A stretch of 64,000 bases of DNA, from positions 192,001 through 256,000 of the forward strand of contig CAWJTV010000031.1 in the NCBI GenBank assembly GCA_963845755.1. The letters are read 5' to 3'. Source of the stretch: an uncultured Planctomycetota bacterium. GTDB lineage: Bacteria; Planctomycetota; Planctomycetia; Isosphaerales; Isosphaeraceae. The notes under the pieces are model-generated. The model was not told the origin of the DNA, made no database searches, and worked only from the letters and a program-made list of their open reading frames with translations. The first letter of the stretch is position 1. Every line of letters starts with the position of its first letter. Positions 11,226-21,848 of this stretch are shown piece after piece. A program made the translations under genes and the position numbers.

Positions 11226-12428
11226 ATGAGGCGACGTTGCAAGGTGATCGGCTGGCTGCTGACTCTCGGTGTCATCGTGTGTGACGGAGGAGAAAGGACG
11301 CTGGCCGTGCCACCAGGGCCGGAACGTGTTCACATCTTCCCTCCCGAGCCGAAGCACAACCACTCATCGTGCGTCGTCGAGACGGCCGACGGAAGCCTGC
11401 TCGCCACCTGGTATTCCGGCAGCGGCGAGAGGACTTCGGACGACGTGGTCATCCAGGGCGCGTGGCTCCGCAAGGGAAGCACGACCTGGGAGCCGCGCTT
11501 CCTCATGGCCGACACGCCGGGATATCCCGATTGCAACCCGGCGCTCTTCGCCGCGCCCGATGGATCGGTCTGGCTGTTCTGGCCCACCATCCTCGATCAC
11601 CGCTGGGAAGGGGCTCTGCTCAAGTACGCGCGCTGCGAACATCCTTCTCCCGATGCGGGCCCTCCGAAATGGACCTCGACCGGGGTCCTTCACGTTACGC
11701 CCAGGGACTTCGCCGCTGAAATGCAACGCGCGATTTCCACGGTCGGCGAGGAGGATAAGTCGAAGTACCGGCGTCTGCTCGATGGAGTGCAAACACGCTC
11801 CCGCGACGAGCTCTATCAGCGCCTCGGTTGGATGCCGCGCGTCCATCCGGTGGCGCTGCCGACCGGGCGCTGGATCCTTCCCCTGTATTCCGACACGTTC
11901 TCGGCGTCGATCATGGCGGTTTCGGACGATCGGGGCGCGACCTGGACGGCGAGCCGGCCCCTGATCGGCTTCGGCAATATCCAGCCCAGCCTCGTCCGCA
12001 AGAACGACGGTAGTTTGGTCGCCTTCATGCGCGATAATGGCCCCCATCGTCGAATCCGGCTGAGCACGTCCGCCGACGAGGGCGTCTCGTGGTCGGCCGT
12101 GACCGATTCCTCGTTTCCCAACCCGGGCGCGGGGATCGAAGCCATCCGGCTGGCGAGCGGTCGCTGGGCGCTGGTCTACAATGACACACCGTCCGGGAGG
12201 CACTCGCTGGCCATCTCGGTCTCCGACGATGAGGGAAAGACCTGGAAGTGGACGCGGCACCTGGAGCGTTTGCAGCCCGGCCAGGGGCAGTTCCATTACC
12301 CGTCGATGATCCAGTCCCGTGACGGAACGATCCACGTGACCTACACGCACAGGCCACGAGGGCAGGGGAGTACCATCGAGCACGCGCGAGTCAGCGAAGA
12401 TTGGCTCGTGTCGACCGATTCCGAATGA
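11226..12428 (+). CDS. Exported sialidase-family (BNR/Asp-box) protein
   Basis: Asp boxes SDDRGATW, SADEGVSW and SDDEGKTW; C-terminal FHYPSMIQSRDGTIHVTYT; signal peptide. Confidence 0.88.
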   Translation: MRRRCKVIGWLLTLGVIVCDGGERTLAVPPGPERVHIFPPEPKHNHSSCVVETADGSLLATWYSGSGERTSDDVVIQGAWLRKGSTTWEPRFLMADTPGYPDCNPALFAAPDGSVWLFWPTILDHRWEGALLKYARCEHPSPDAGPPKWTSTGVLHVTPRDFAAEMQRAISTVGEEDKSKYRRLLDGVQTRSRDELYQRLGWMPRVHPVALPTGRWILPLYSDTFSASIMAVSDDRGATWTASRPLIGFGNIQPSLVRKNDGSLVAFMRDNGPHRRIRLSTSADEGVSWSAVTDSSFPNPGAGIEAIRLASGRWALVYNDTPSGRHSLAISVSDDEGKTWKWTRHLERLQPGQGQFHYPSMIQSRDGTIHVTYTHRPRGQGSTIEHARVSEDWLVSTDSE

Positions 12429-12473
12429 GTCCCAATCCCCAGTCGTACCGCATTCCGCCCGCCTGGAGTCCGG

Positions 12474-13802
12474 ATGCAGCAAGTCACCCCTGATTCTCGA
12501 CATTCCCGGCCGATCTCCGGAGCGGCTTATCCCTGGCTCGTCGTGGGGCTGCTCTGGTTTTGCGGGTTCTTCAATTATGCCGACCGGCAGGCGGTCAACT
12601 CGGTCTTCCCCCTGCTCAAGACCGAGTTCCAGCTCAATAACGAACAACTGGGATTGCTCGGCTCGGCGTTCATGTTCGTGTATGCGGTGGCCTCACCGTT
12701 CTCCGGATATACGGTGGACCGCCTATCCCGACGTCTGCTGATCGGCGTGGGCCTGGCGTTCTGGAGCCTGATCTGCGCGGCGACCGCAGTGTCAAGAAGC
12801 TTTGTCCAGTTGGTACTCTTCCGCGGGGCCGAGGGGCTGGGAGAAGCCTTCTACTTCCCAGCCTCGATGTCGGTCCTGGCCGATTATCATGGACCGAGGA
12901 CCCGCTCGCGCGCCATGAGCATCCACCAGACCAGCGTCTACCTCGGGACGGCCGGAGGTGCGGTCCTGGCGGGCTATCTGGGCGAGCATTACGGCTGGAG
13001 GTCACCATTCTGGACACTAGGTTTGGCCGGCCTGGCTTATGCGGTCTTCCTCGGGACCGTGTTGCGCGAACCGGCTCGCGACCATGCCAAGGAGAAGCCG
13101 AAGGCCCCGGCGCCGGGAGGCAACGAGTTCGACGAGTGGGATTCCCGGGCGGTCGCCTCCGGCACGCTGACGGAGAAAGTCAAGCGGATCGTGACAAACC
13201 CCGCAGCCGCCTTGCTCCTGACCGTCTTCGTCGGCGCCAATTTTGTCGCGGCGACCTTCCTCGCCTGGCTGCCTCTTTATATATTCGAAAAGTTCCGGAT
13301 GGGACTGGCCGATTCGTCCATGATCTCGACGACCTGGTCGCTGGCCAGCCTGTTCGGCGCGATTTGCGGGGGAGTGGCGGCCGACTGGGCCGCCCGTCGG
13401 TCGGCGGGCGGGCGTATCCTGATCCAGAGCCTCGGCCTGATCCTCGGCGCGCCGTTCGTTTTTCTCGCGGGACAGTCGCAATCCCTCCTCATGGTCAAAG
13501 CTTCACTGATCGGCGCCGGTCTATGCAAGGGGATTTACGATGCCAATATCTTCGCGTCGCTCTTCGATGTCGTCCCGCCCGAAGATCGGGGTACCGCCGC
13601 GGGCTTGATGAACACCGTGGGCTGGACTGGCGGTTTCCTCGCTCCCTGGGCGGTCGGCCGAGCATCCCAGGAATTCGGCCTGGGAGTGGCCATCGGATCG
13701 ACGGCCGCCGTGTATTTCCTCGTGGGGCTGCTGGCCTGGTTCGCCTCTCGCCTGGCCTTGGCCCGTAGCCGTTCACTTCCTTCCGACCATTCTCCGACCT
13801 GA
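12474..13802 (+). CDS. MFS transporter (Spinster/ACS-like)
   Basis: FFNYADRQAV, GYTVDRLSRR motif A, RGAEGLGEAFYFP, about 12 TM segments. Confidence 0.92.
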   Translation: MQQVTPDSRHSRPISGAAYPWLVVGLLWFCGFFNYADRQAVNSVFPLLKTEFQLNNEQLGLLGSAFMFVYAVASPFSGYTVDRLSRRLLIGVGLAFWSLICAATAVSRSFVQLVLFRGAEGLGEAFYFPASMSVLADYHGPRTRSRAMSIHQTSVYLGTAGGAVLAGYLGEHYGWRSPFWTLGLAGLAYAVFLGTVLREPARDHAKEKPKAPAPGGNEFDEWDSRAVASGTLTEKVKRIVTNPAAALLLTVFVGANFVAATFLAWLPLYIFEKFRMGLADSSMISTTWSLASLFGAICGGVAADWAARRSAGGRILIQSLGLILGAPFVFLAGQSQSLLMVKASLIGAGLCKGIYDANIFASLFDVVPPEDRGTAAGLMNTVGWTGGFLAPWAVGRASQEFGLGVAIGSTAAVYFLVGLLAWFASRLALARSRSLPSDHSPT

Positions 13803-13816
13803 GAGGCCCTCCCCTC

Positions 13817-15493
13817 GTGAACCCTGCAGCCATGATTGATTCCCGACCCAGCTCCCGGTACGTCTGGGCCCACCGCGGTGATATCAACGCCTTCTCCGGT
13901 CTGATGCTCGACAACGTCGGCGGCCTGATCCTCATGGCCAGCTTGCTGGTCGGCTTCGGGCTGCCCCGACAGTTCGTGTTGACCCGAATGATACCGGGGA
14001 CGGCGGTCGGCGTCCTCGTGGGCGATCTGATCTTCACGGTCATGGCGTTCCGCCTGGCCCGTCGGACCGGCCGGGCCGACGTCACCGCCATGCCCCTGGG
14101 TCTCGACACGCCCAGCACCTTCGGCGCAGTGCTCTTCATCATCGGTCCATCCTATCTGGCGGCCCTCAATCGAGGACTCGAGCCCAATGCCGCAGCTTCA
14201 CATGCCTGGTTTATTGGCATCGCAATGTTGCTCGCCTCGGGAATTTTCAAGATTTTCTGTGCGCCCATGAGTGCTTGGGTTAGACGAATGGTTCCACGGG
14301 CAGGATTGCTCGGTTCGTTGGCGGCGATTGCGCTGGTTCTCATCAGTTTCTTGCCAATGCTGGACATTGCCGCTCAGCCCATCGCCGGCATGGTGGCACT
14401 TGGCTTGATGTTGGCCACCTTGACGGCTCGTTGGGAGCTTCCGAGGCGGTTTCCCGGGGCGCTGGGGGCGGTTGTGGTTGGTTGTATGGTGTACTACGCG
14501 ATCCGGTGGCTGGGATGGGATGGTGCGGGCGGGGCGGACATGGAGCGTCCCTCTCTGGCGCTTTGGGCCGTGTTACCGATGCCCGTTGATTCCTGGTGGA
14601 CGTGGTTCACGAACTCGTGGCGCGAGGCGGTGGGATACTTGCCGGTGGCGCTTCCACTGGCGCTCGCGACGGTGGTCGGGGGCATTGATTGCACGGAAAG
14701 CGCCGCGGCCGCGGGCGACGATTACCCCACGCGACAGATCATCGCCGTCGAAGGCATTGCGACGCTGATCGGGGCGCTCTTCGGGGGGGTGATCCAGACC
14801 ACACCGTACATCGGCCATCCCGCGTACAAGGCAATGGGTGCGCGGGCCGCGTATACGCTGGCGACCGCCCTGTTCGTGGGGGCCGCGGGGATCTTCGGAT
14901 TCTTCGACTGGATCTTCTTCATCATCCCGAAGCCGGTGATCTTCCCGATCCTGATTTTCATCGGCCTGGAGATCACGTCCCAATCGTTCCAGGCCACGCC
15001 CCCCCGCCATTATCCCGCCGTGGCGATGGCCTGCATTCCCGCGCTCGCGTACCTGGCCTCGCTGGCGCTGAACCGGCTCCTCCCTGCTCTGGGCACGTCG
15101 TTCGCTCAGCTCCCTCCGGACCTCCAGCAATGGATCCAGACCATCATGATCGTGGCCGGGGGCGGCACCTTCATCGTGACGAGCCTCTTATGGTCCACCG
15201 CACTGGCGCATCTGATCGACGGCCGGATTCGAGCCACCGCGGCAACGCTGTTGCTGGGTGCGGTCTTCTCCTGGTTTGGCATCATCCACTCGCCACTGCC
15301 GTCGAGTCCGATCCTGTTCCCAACGGAGGTCTTGCGCCGGTTGGAGGCCGATGGCAAGGCGGAGGCGACCGCCCGGCAGACCCCCTATCACTGGTCGGCG
15401 GCCTATCTCTTGACCGCCATCGCGCTCCTGACCCTGGGCCAATTCGGGACGGCCCCGCGCAACGCCCACCTTGGATCCCTCAAGTCCGAGTGA
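13817..15493 (+). CDS. NCS2/AzgA-like nucleobase-type permease
   Basis: GDINAFSGLMLDN, TAMPLGLDTPS, TESAAAAGDDY, YIGHPAYKAMGAR; highly hydrophobic. Confidence 0.8.
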   Translation: MNPAAMIDSRPSSRYVWAHRGDINAFSGLMLDNVGGLILMASLLVGFGLPRQFVLTRMIPGTAVGVLVGDLIFTVMAFRLARRTGRADVTAMPLGLDTPSTFGAVLFIIGPSYLAALNRGLEPNAAASHAWFIGIAMLLASGIFKIFCAPMSAWVRRMVPRAGLLGSLAAIALVLISFLPMLDIAAQPIAGMVALGLMLATLTARWELPRRFPGALGAVVVGCMVYYAIRWLGWDGAGGADMERPSLALWAVLPMPVDSWWTWFTNSWREAVGYLPVALPLALATVVGGIDCTESAAAAGDDYPTRQIIAVEGIATLIGALFGGVIQTTPYIGHPAYKAMGARAAYTLATALFVGAAGIFGFFDWIFFIIPKPVIFPILIFIGLEITSQSFQATPPRHYPAVAMACIPALAYLASLALNRLLPALGTSFAQLPPDLQQWIQTIMIVAGGGTFIVTSLLWSTALAHLIDGRIRATAATLLLGAVFSWFGIIHSPLPSSPILFPTEVLRRLEADGKAEATARQTPYHWSAAYLLTAIALLTLGQFGTAPRNAHLGSLKSE

Positions 15494-15640
15494 GGTCTCG
15501 GGGAATGGTGGGCACCGATGTATCCCCTCAACGCCACGATCGCTCGGGGTGAGCTATAGACGGCGCTCCGGTGGCGATATACCCTAATCTTCAGACACGG
15601 GATTGTCGTCGATACGCCAAAGGTCGCGTCTCCGTCGGTC

Positions 15641-15656
15641 TGGTACAAGAGTTGCC
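15641..15656 (+). promoter_or_regulatory. Putative sigma54 (-24/-12) promoter upstream of ptsI
   Basis: TGGTACAAGAGTTGCC has exact GG-N10-GC spacing and lies in a 410-bp intergenic region. Confidence 0.5.
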
Positions 15657-15904
15657 ATCCTCTCTGGATGCAACGCCCACCGTCGCCCGGACCTCGACCT
15701 CGAATTCTCTCGTGCGAGTCGATCGCTCGACGACAATTCCCGGATCGGTTCGACCCATCCCCACGACCGAGAAGCGCGGCGCTCCCGGTCGGGGAGGACC
15801 TCCGAGGAGTCCATTGGCTTTCAGAGGGCTCGGTTCGTACGACTCTTCCGTAGGGTGGAGTGCCCGACTGTTCGATCGTCATGGAACTGTGAGACCGGCT
15901 CGTC

Positions 15905-17676
15905 ATGCATAAGGGAATCGGGGTGAGTCCTGGCGTCGTGGTGGGCGTGGCACACCGCGTGGAGTCGGTCCTCGGCGCGCTCGAACAGCAAGCCCTGGAC
16001 GATCCCAGCCAGTTTCCCGCCGAGATCGACCGTTTCGACCAGGCCGTCGCCGAGTCGGCGGCCGATCTGGAAGCCCAGGTCCAGAAGGTCGCCCAGGAAC
16101 TCGGCGAGTCCGAGGCCGAGATCTTCAAAGGGCATTTGCAGATCGTCAACGATCCGGCCCTGCTCTCGCGGGTCCATGATTTCATCGAAAACAAGAATCT
16201 GACCGCCCTCTCGGCCCTTCAGGCCGTGATGCACAGCTACGCTGCGCAGTTCGCGCGGATCGAGCAGGATTATTTCCGGGAGCGCATGGCCGACGTCCGC
16301 GACGTGATCCTGCGTATCGGCTCGCACCTGACTCGGAAGCCCTCCGCCCACTCCGCCGATGCGGCCTGCGAATCGCGGAATGGCGACGAGTCCGTGATCC
16401 TGGTGGCGCACGAGCTGCTCCCCAGCCAGGCCATGAGCCTGGGCGACCTGCCCATCGCGGGGATCGTCACCGAGGTCGGTGGTTCCACCAGTCATGCGGC
16501 GATCCTGGCCCGCAGTCGAGGCATCCCGGCGGTCTCCGGCGTCGACAACATCATGACCCAGGTCCGCAGCGGCGATCTGATGATCGTCGACGGCCGCGAC
16601 GGCATGGTGATTCTCCGGCCGGATCAGGAGGCGACCTCGGCGTATCGCAAGGTCCAGCGCGAGTTCTTCAACATCAAGGACAGCCTGGTCGCCAACCGCG
16701 ATAAGCCGTCACTCAGCGCCGACGGGACCCGCATCGAACTGCTGGCGAACATCAACAATCTGGCCGATGCCCAATCCGCCCACAAGGTGGGTGCCACCGG
16801 GGTCGGGCTCTTCCGCACCGAGTACCTGTTCCTCACCCACCACGACGTCCCCGGGGAAGAGGAACAGCACGAGTATTACAAGCAGATCATTCTCAACGCG
16901 CCCAATCGGACCATCACCATCCGTACCCTCGATCTCGGCGGCGACAAGACGGTGGCCTACCTGGGGCGGCGGAGCGAGCCGAATCCCTTCATGGGTTGGC
17001 GCTCCACCCGGATCTTCTTCGAGAATTCCAAGCTGTTCGTCACGCAGATCCGGGCGATCCTGCGCGCAGCCGTCACGGACATGTGTCGATGCTCTTTCCG
17101 ATGATCACGAACCTGGAAGAGCTGCTCTTCGTGAACAAGCTGGTCAAGGAGACGCGGAGCAATTTGAAACGGGAGGGCGTACCTTTCGGCGACGACGTCA
17201 AGACGGGGGTGATGGTGGAAGTCCCCGCGGCCGCGATCTGCATCGACGCGATCCTGCGAGAGACCGACTTCATCTCGGTCGGCTCGAACGACCTGATCCA
17301 GTATCTCGTGGCCGCGGATCGGGATAACCCCAAGGTCGCGCATCTCTGCGAGTCGCTCAACCCGGCGATCTTCCGCGTGCTCCAGATCGTGCTGGCCGCC
17401 TGCCAGCGGACCGGCACGCCCGTGACCCTCTGCGGCGAGATGGCCGGCCAGCCCCGTTCCGTCCTAGTGCTCTTCGGCATGGGCCTGCGCCGCTTCAGCA
17501 TGAGCCCCGCGTTCATCCCCACCATCAAGGCACTGCTCGCCTCGGTCACCACCGCGCAGGCCGAACGCTATGCCCACCACGTCCTCCAACTGAATACCAA
17601 CGAGGAGATCCGAACCTACCTGACGGCCCGGCTCCATGAAGTCTCCAGCACGGTGGAGATGCTCGACACGGCCTAG
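15905..17676 (+). CDS. ptsI: Phosphoenolpyruvate-protein phosphotransferase (PTS enzyme I); one frameshift near 17070
   Basis: GIGVSPG N-terminus, phospho-His motif TSHAAILARS, GVGLFRTEYL, RTLDLGGDK, EPNPFMGWR, MVEVPAA, SVGSNDLIQY, CGEMAG; no GAF domain. Confidence 0.93.
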
Positions 17677-17697
17677 ACCCCGGAGAAGCTCTTCGCC

Positions 17698-19863
17698 ATG
17701 GGATGTCGCCGACGGACGATCCGAACGGCCTGCCTGATCGCGGTCTGGATGATGCTCGATGCCTACGCGCAATCCGGTGAGCCCGATCCGGCCGCCGATT
17801 CGATCGCCAGGCGGGTCCAACCGATCTTGAGCCGCTGCACCGCATGCCACAGCGGCGACCTACCCGAGGGCGGGCTCGACTTGACCAGCCGCACCGCGGC
17901 CCTCCGCGGCGGAGAGTCCGGGAGTGTCCTCCAGCCCAACGACGCGACGAAGAGCCTCGTTTACCGGAAGGTCGCAGCCGGCAAGATGCCGCCCAAGAAT
18001 CCCCTTGATCGCGAGCAGGTCGCGCTGATTCGCGAATGGATCAATGCCGGGGCCACGTGGGCGGAGCCACTCCCGATCCCTGCGAAACCGTCAACCGAGG
18101 CCGGCCTCTGGGTGTTGCGACCGCTGGTCAGTCCCGAGGTGCCCAAGGTCCATTCGGCGTCCTGGTTGTCCGACCCGATTGATGCTTTCATCCTGGCCCG
18201 TCTCGAACTTAACGGCCTGTCCCCCGCCCCCCCGGCCGATCGGTTGACCTTGATCCGACGGGCGACGTTCGACTTGCTGGGACTCCCGCCGACACCCCGG
18301 GAGATCGACGCCTACCTCGCGGATCCTTCTCCGGCCGCCTACGAGAGCCTCATCGATCGCCTGCTCGCCTCGCCCCACTACGGCGAACGCTGGGGCCGCC
18401 ACTGGCTGGATGTGGCCCGATTCGCCGAAAGCAACGGATTCGAGCACGATCGCATCCGCGACCATTCCTGGCATTATCGCGACTACGTGATTCGAAGCCT
18501 CAATGCCGATCGTCCGTATCGCCAGTTCGTGCGCGAGCAGATCGCCGGCGACGTCCTCGATCCGGTGACCCGAGAAGGGATCATCGCGACGGGCTTCCTC
18601 GTGGCCGGGCCCTGGGACGAGGCGAACCAGCTTCAACAGAGCAGCACGATGAGGCAGAGGGCTCGCGAGGAGGAACTCGAGGACATGGTCGCGGCGGTCG
18701 GCCAGGTGTTCCTCGGGCTGACCGTCAATTGTGCCCGGTGTCATGACCACAAGTTCGACCCCGTGCCCCAGCGCGATTACTACCGGCTCAAGGCCGCGCT
18801 GGAGGGAGTCCTTCATGGCAGTCGACCGATCGCGCCGGGCGCCGATCCCAACGGATCTACGCCCCCGCTGGCCTATGCCGCCCGGCCGAATCGCACGCCG
18901 CCGCCCACGTTCCTCCTCAATCGCGGCGACGTCGAAAAGCCGGGCAGGCGGGTGGCCGCGGGCGGGCTGTCGGCAGTCGTGTACCCGACCGCGGACTTCG
19001 GTCTCGCCGACGATGCCCCGGAAGCGGAACGCCGGCGCAGGCTTGCCGACTGGCTCGCCCATCCCGCCAACCCGCTAACGGCCCGGGTCATCGTCAACCG
19101 GGTCTGGCATTACCACTTCGGGACCGGCCTCGTCGCCACGCCCAACGACTTCGGAAACAATGGCGACCGGCCCTCGCATCCCGAGCTTCTCGACTGGATG
19201 ACTTTCAATTTCCTCGCGGATGGGACACGCCTCAAGGCGTTGCATCGGCGAATCATGCTCTCCAGCACCTACCGCCAGGCGTCGCGGTTCGACGCCAGGG
19301 CCGTGGACATCGATGCCGACGATCGGCTACTGTGGCGCTATCCGAGCCGCCGGCTCGAGGCCGAAGCGATCCGCGACGCGATGCTCCGATCCAGCGGCGA
19401 GCTCAACACCCAGATGGACGGTCCCAGCTTCCGGCCGTTCAAACTGATCGTGTTCAACTCCAACTTCTACCAGCTCAACGACCCGATCGGTCCGGAGTAC
19501 AACCGGCGGACGGTCTACCGGATCAACATCAATTCGGCAAAAGACCCGCTGCTGGAAACGCTCGATTGTCCCGACCCGTCGGTCAAGACGCCCCGTCGTG
19601 CGGTGACAACCACACCCCTCCAGGCACTCGGCCTCATGAATGACTCGTTCGTCCTGAGGCAGGCACGTTGCCTGGCAGTTCGTGTCCAGGCCGAAGCCGG
19701 ATCCGACGTTGGCCGGCAGGTGGACCGTGCGTATCGGCTCACGATCGGAAGGCCGCCGAACGATTCCGAGGTCGAACGTGCCTCAGCACTGGTACGCGAG
19801 GCCGGGCTCGACAATCTGGCCTGGGTCCTTTTCAATGCGAGCGAGTTCTTGTATCTCAGATAG
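17698..19863 (+). CDS. Planctomycete cytochrome c (PSCyt1) + DUF1549 + DUF1553 protein
   Basis: CTACH, PIDAFI, YGERWGRHWLDVARFAES, CARCHDHKFDP, NPLTARVIVNRVW, PSHPELLDW, QALGLMN. Confidence 0.93.
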   Translation: MGCRRRTIRTACLIAVWMMLDAYAQSGEPDPAADSIARRVQPILSRCTACHSGDLPEGGLDLTSRTAALRGGESGSVLQPNDATKSLVYRKVAAGKMPPKNPLDREQVALIREWINAGATWAEPLPIPAKPSTEAGLWVLRPLVSPEVPKVHSASWLSDPIDAFILARLELNGLSPAPPADRLTLIRRATFDLLGLPPTPREIDAYLADPSPAAYESLIDRLLASPHYGERWGRHWLDVARFAESNGFEHDRIRDHSWHYRDYVIRSLNADRPYRQFVREQIAGDVLDPVTREGIIATGFLVAGPWDEANQLQQSSTMRQRAREEELEDMVAAVGQVFLGLTVNCARCHDHKFDPVPQRDYYRLKAALEGVLHGSRPIAPGADPNGSTPPLAYAARPNRTPPPTFLLNRGDVEKPGRRVAAGGLSAVVYPTADFGLADDAPEAERRRRLADWLAHPANPLTARVIVNRVWHYHFGTGLVATPNDFGNNGDRPSHPELLDWMTFNFLADGTRLKALHRRIMLSSTYRQASRFDARAVDIDADDRLLWRYPSRRLEAEAIRDAMLRSSGELNTQMDGPSFRPFKLIVFNSNFYQLNDPIGPEYNRRTVYRININSAKDPLLETLDCPDPSVKTPRRAVTTTPLQALGLMNDSFVLRQARCLAVRVQAEAGSDVGRQVDRAYRLTIGRPPNDSEVERASALVREAGLDNLAWVLFNASEFLYLR

Positions 19864-19909
19864 ATCGGGAACGCGCGGGCGCCGGCAGGCGAGAGGTCAC
19901 GAGAAGACG

Positions 19910-21338
19910 ATGGTCAACCACGTCGGCGGATTCGGTGGCTCGCCGCTGCTGCGAAGGCAATTCCTCCGCGATGCCGGCGCCGGGCTGGGCTCGGTCGCCC
20001 TGGCCTGGATGCTCGGCGAGGAGTCGGCGGCGGGTGGCCCGGTACGGTTTCATTTCCCGCCCCGTGCCCGTCGAGTCGTCCAGATCTTCGCCTGTGGCGG
20101 GGTCAGCCACACCGACACGTTCGACTACAAGCCCGAGGTGGCACGGCTGGATGGGCGGGAGCTGACCGGCAAGGGCAAAGTCGAGACCTTTTTCGGCAGG
20201 CCCGGCCGGCTGATGAAGAGCCCATTCCGATTCCGACGTCACGGCGAGAGTGGGCAATGGATCAGCAGCCTGCTCCCCCATCTGGCAGAGCGCGCGGATG
20301 ACCTCACCGTGATCCGTTCCATGGTGGCGAAGAGCTCGAACCACACGCCGGCGACGTTCCAGATGAACTCGGGCTTCACGATGAACGGCTTCCCCTGCCT
20401 GGGAGCCTGGCTCTCCTACGGTTTAGGCTCGGAGAACCAGGATCTGCCAACCTTCGTGGTCTTGCCCGATCCCCGCGGACTCCCGGCCGGAGGCTCGATC
20501 AACTGGACATCGGGATTCCTGTCGGCTACCCATCAAGGCGTCGCGTTCCGCACTTCGGGCGACCCGATCGTCAACCTGTTTCCGCCCGCCCAGGTGTCAC
20601 CAGGCCATCGGCAAACCAGCCTGGCTGTGCTGGAGGCCATGAATCGGGAGTTCCTCGAAGTCAATCCCGGCGACTCGGCACTCGCGGCGCAGGATCCGAT
20701 CCTACGAGCTGGCCGGGCGGATGCAGGCGAGCGTCCCCGAGGCGATCGAGTTCGAGGCCGAATCCCCGGCGATCCGGGCTCTCTACGGCCTGGACCGACC
20801 CGAGACCGCGGGCTTCGGCCGAAATTGTCTCCTGGCGCGCCGGCTGCTCGAGCGGGGCGTGCGATTCGTCCAGCTCTATCACGGCGGTGCCTTCGGTTCG
20901 CCCCGGATCAACTGGGACGCACACGAGAATCTCGTCGAGAACCACACCCAGCAGGCCGCGAGCCTGGACCGGCCAGTCGCTGCTCTGCTGAAGGATCTGA
21001 AGCAGCGGGGCATGCTCGAGGATACCCTCGTGATCTGGACGACCGAGTTTGGCCGGACGCCGTTCACCGAAGGGATCGGCGGCAAGGGGCGCGACCATCA
21101 TCAACTCGCCTTCACCTGCTGGTTGGCCGGCGCAGGGCTCAAGGCCGGTTATTCGCTCGGCTCCACCGACGAGGTCGGTTACCAGGTGGCCGAAGACCCG
21201 GTCTCCATCTACGACTTCCACGCCACCATCCTCCGCCTCCTCGGAATCGACCACAAGCGGCTCACGTTCTATCATAACGGCATCCAGCGGCGGCTGACCG
21301 ACGTCCACGGCGAGGTGATCACCAAGGTCCTGGCCTGA
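19910..21338 (+). CDS. DUF1501 family protein; frameshift near 20695
   Basis: LRRQFL Tat-like signal, GGVSHTDTFDYKP, LGSENQDLP, FGRNCLLARRLLERGVRFVQ, EFGRTP, RLTDVHGEV. Confidence 0.92.
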
Positions 21339-21465
21339 CTTTCCGCCCACGCGAATCGGTCCGGTTCGACTCCGAGCGGTTGTGTTCGATTTGGGTCCGT
21401 TCCATGGTCCGTCCAGAACTACGGCGAGTTCTGGGACGCCTCTAGAACTCCAAGGATTTTAGGAA

Positions 21466-21569
21466 CTCGTTCCCACGCTCCTGCGTGGGAATGCCGTCTT
21501 GGCCGCTCCGCGGCCCCGGCGACGCGGAGCGTCGCACCCGGACGTTCCCACGCAGAGCATGGGAACGAG
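21466..21569. repeat. REP/REPIN-like nested palindrome (CTCGTTCCCACGCT..GCGTGGGAA family)
   Basis: Terminal inverted repeats CTCGTTCCCA / TGGGAACGAG; each arm is a hairpin (TTCCCACGC..GCGTGGGAA); internal GCTCCGCG..CGCGGAGC pairing. Confidence 0.8.
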
Positions 21570-21848
21570 GATCCCGATGGTGTGAGGACGAGGCCTTCCT
21601 TCCTGAGCCCGGTTCCGTTGCTACAGTCTCGAATTTTCCTGAAATTTTTCCTTGCAGTTCGTGAGATTTTGGTTTATGCCTTTCCCTTGCCCGTCGATTG
21701 GCGGTATCTGCACGGAATCGAATGTCAACGATGTTGAGTTCCCGGTTCCGTCCCAGTCGAACGTCTGCATACCGGCCTGTGGCATCCGACGAGTCGAGGC
21801 TCGTCATTGCTGCGTGTTGTCCGAACTTCTACCTCAAGGGAGTGCATC

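Noticed and set aside
15905..17676. ptsI, moxR and other split genes as pseudogenes or programmed frameshifts
   Set aside because: No slippery sites stand out, catalytic motifs are intact, and the same pattern occurs window-wide, so sequencing error is more likely.
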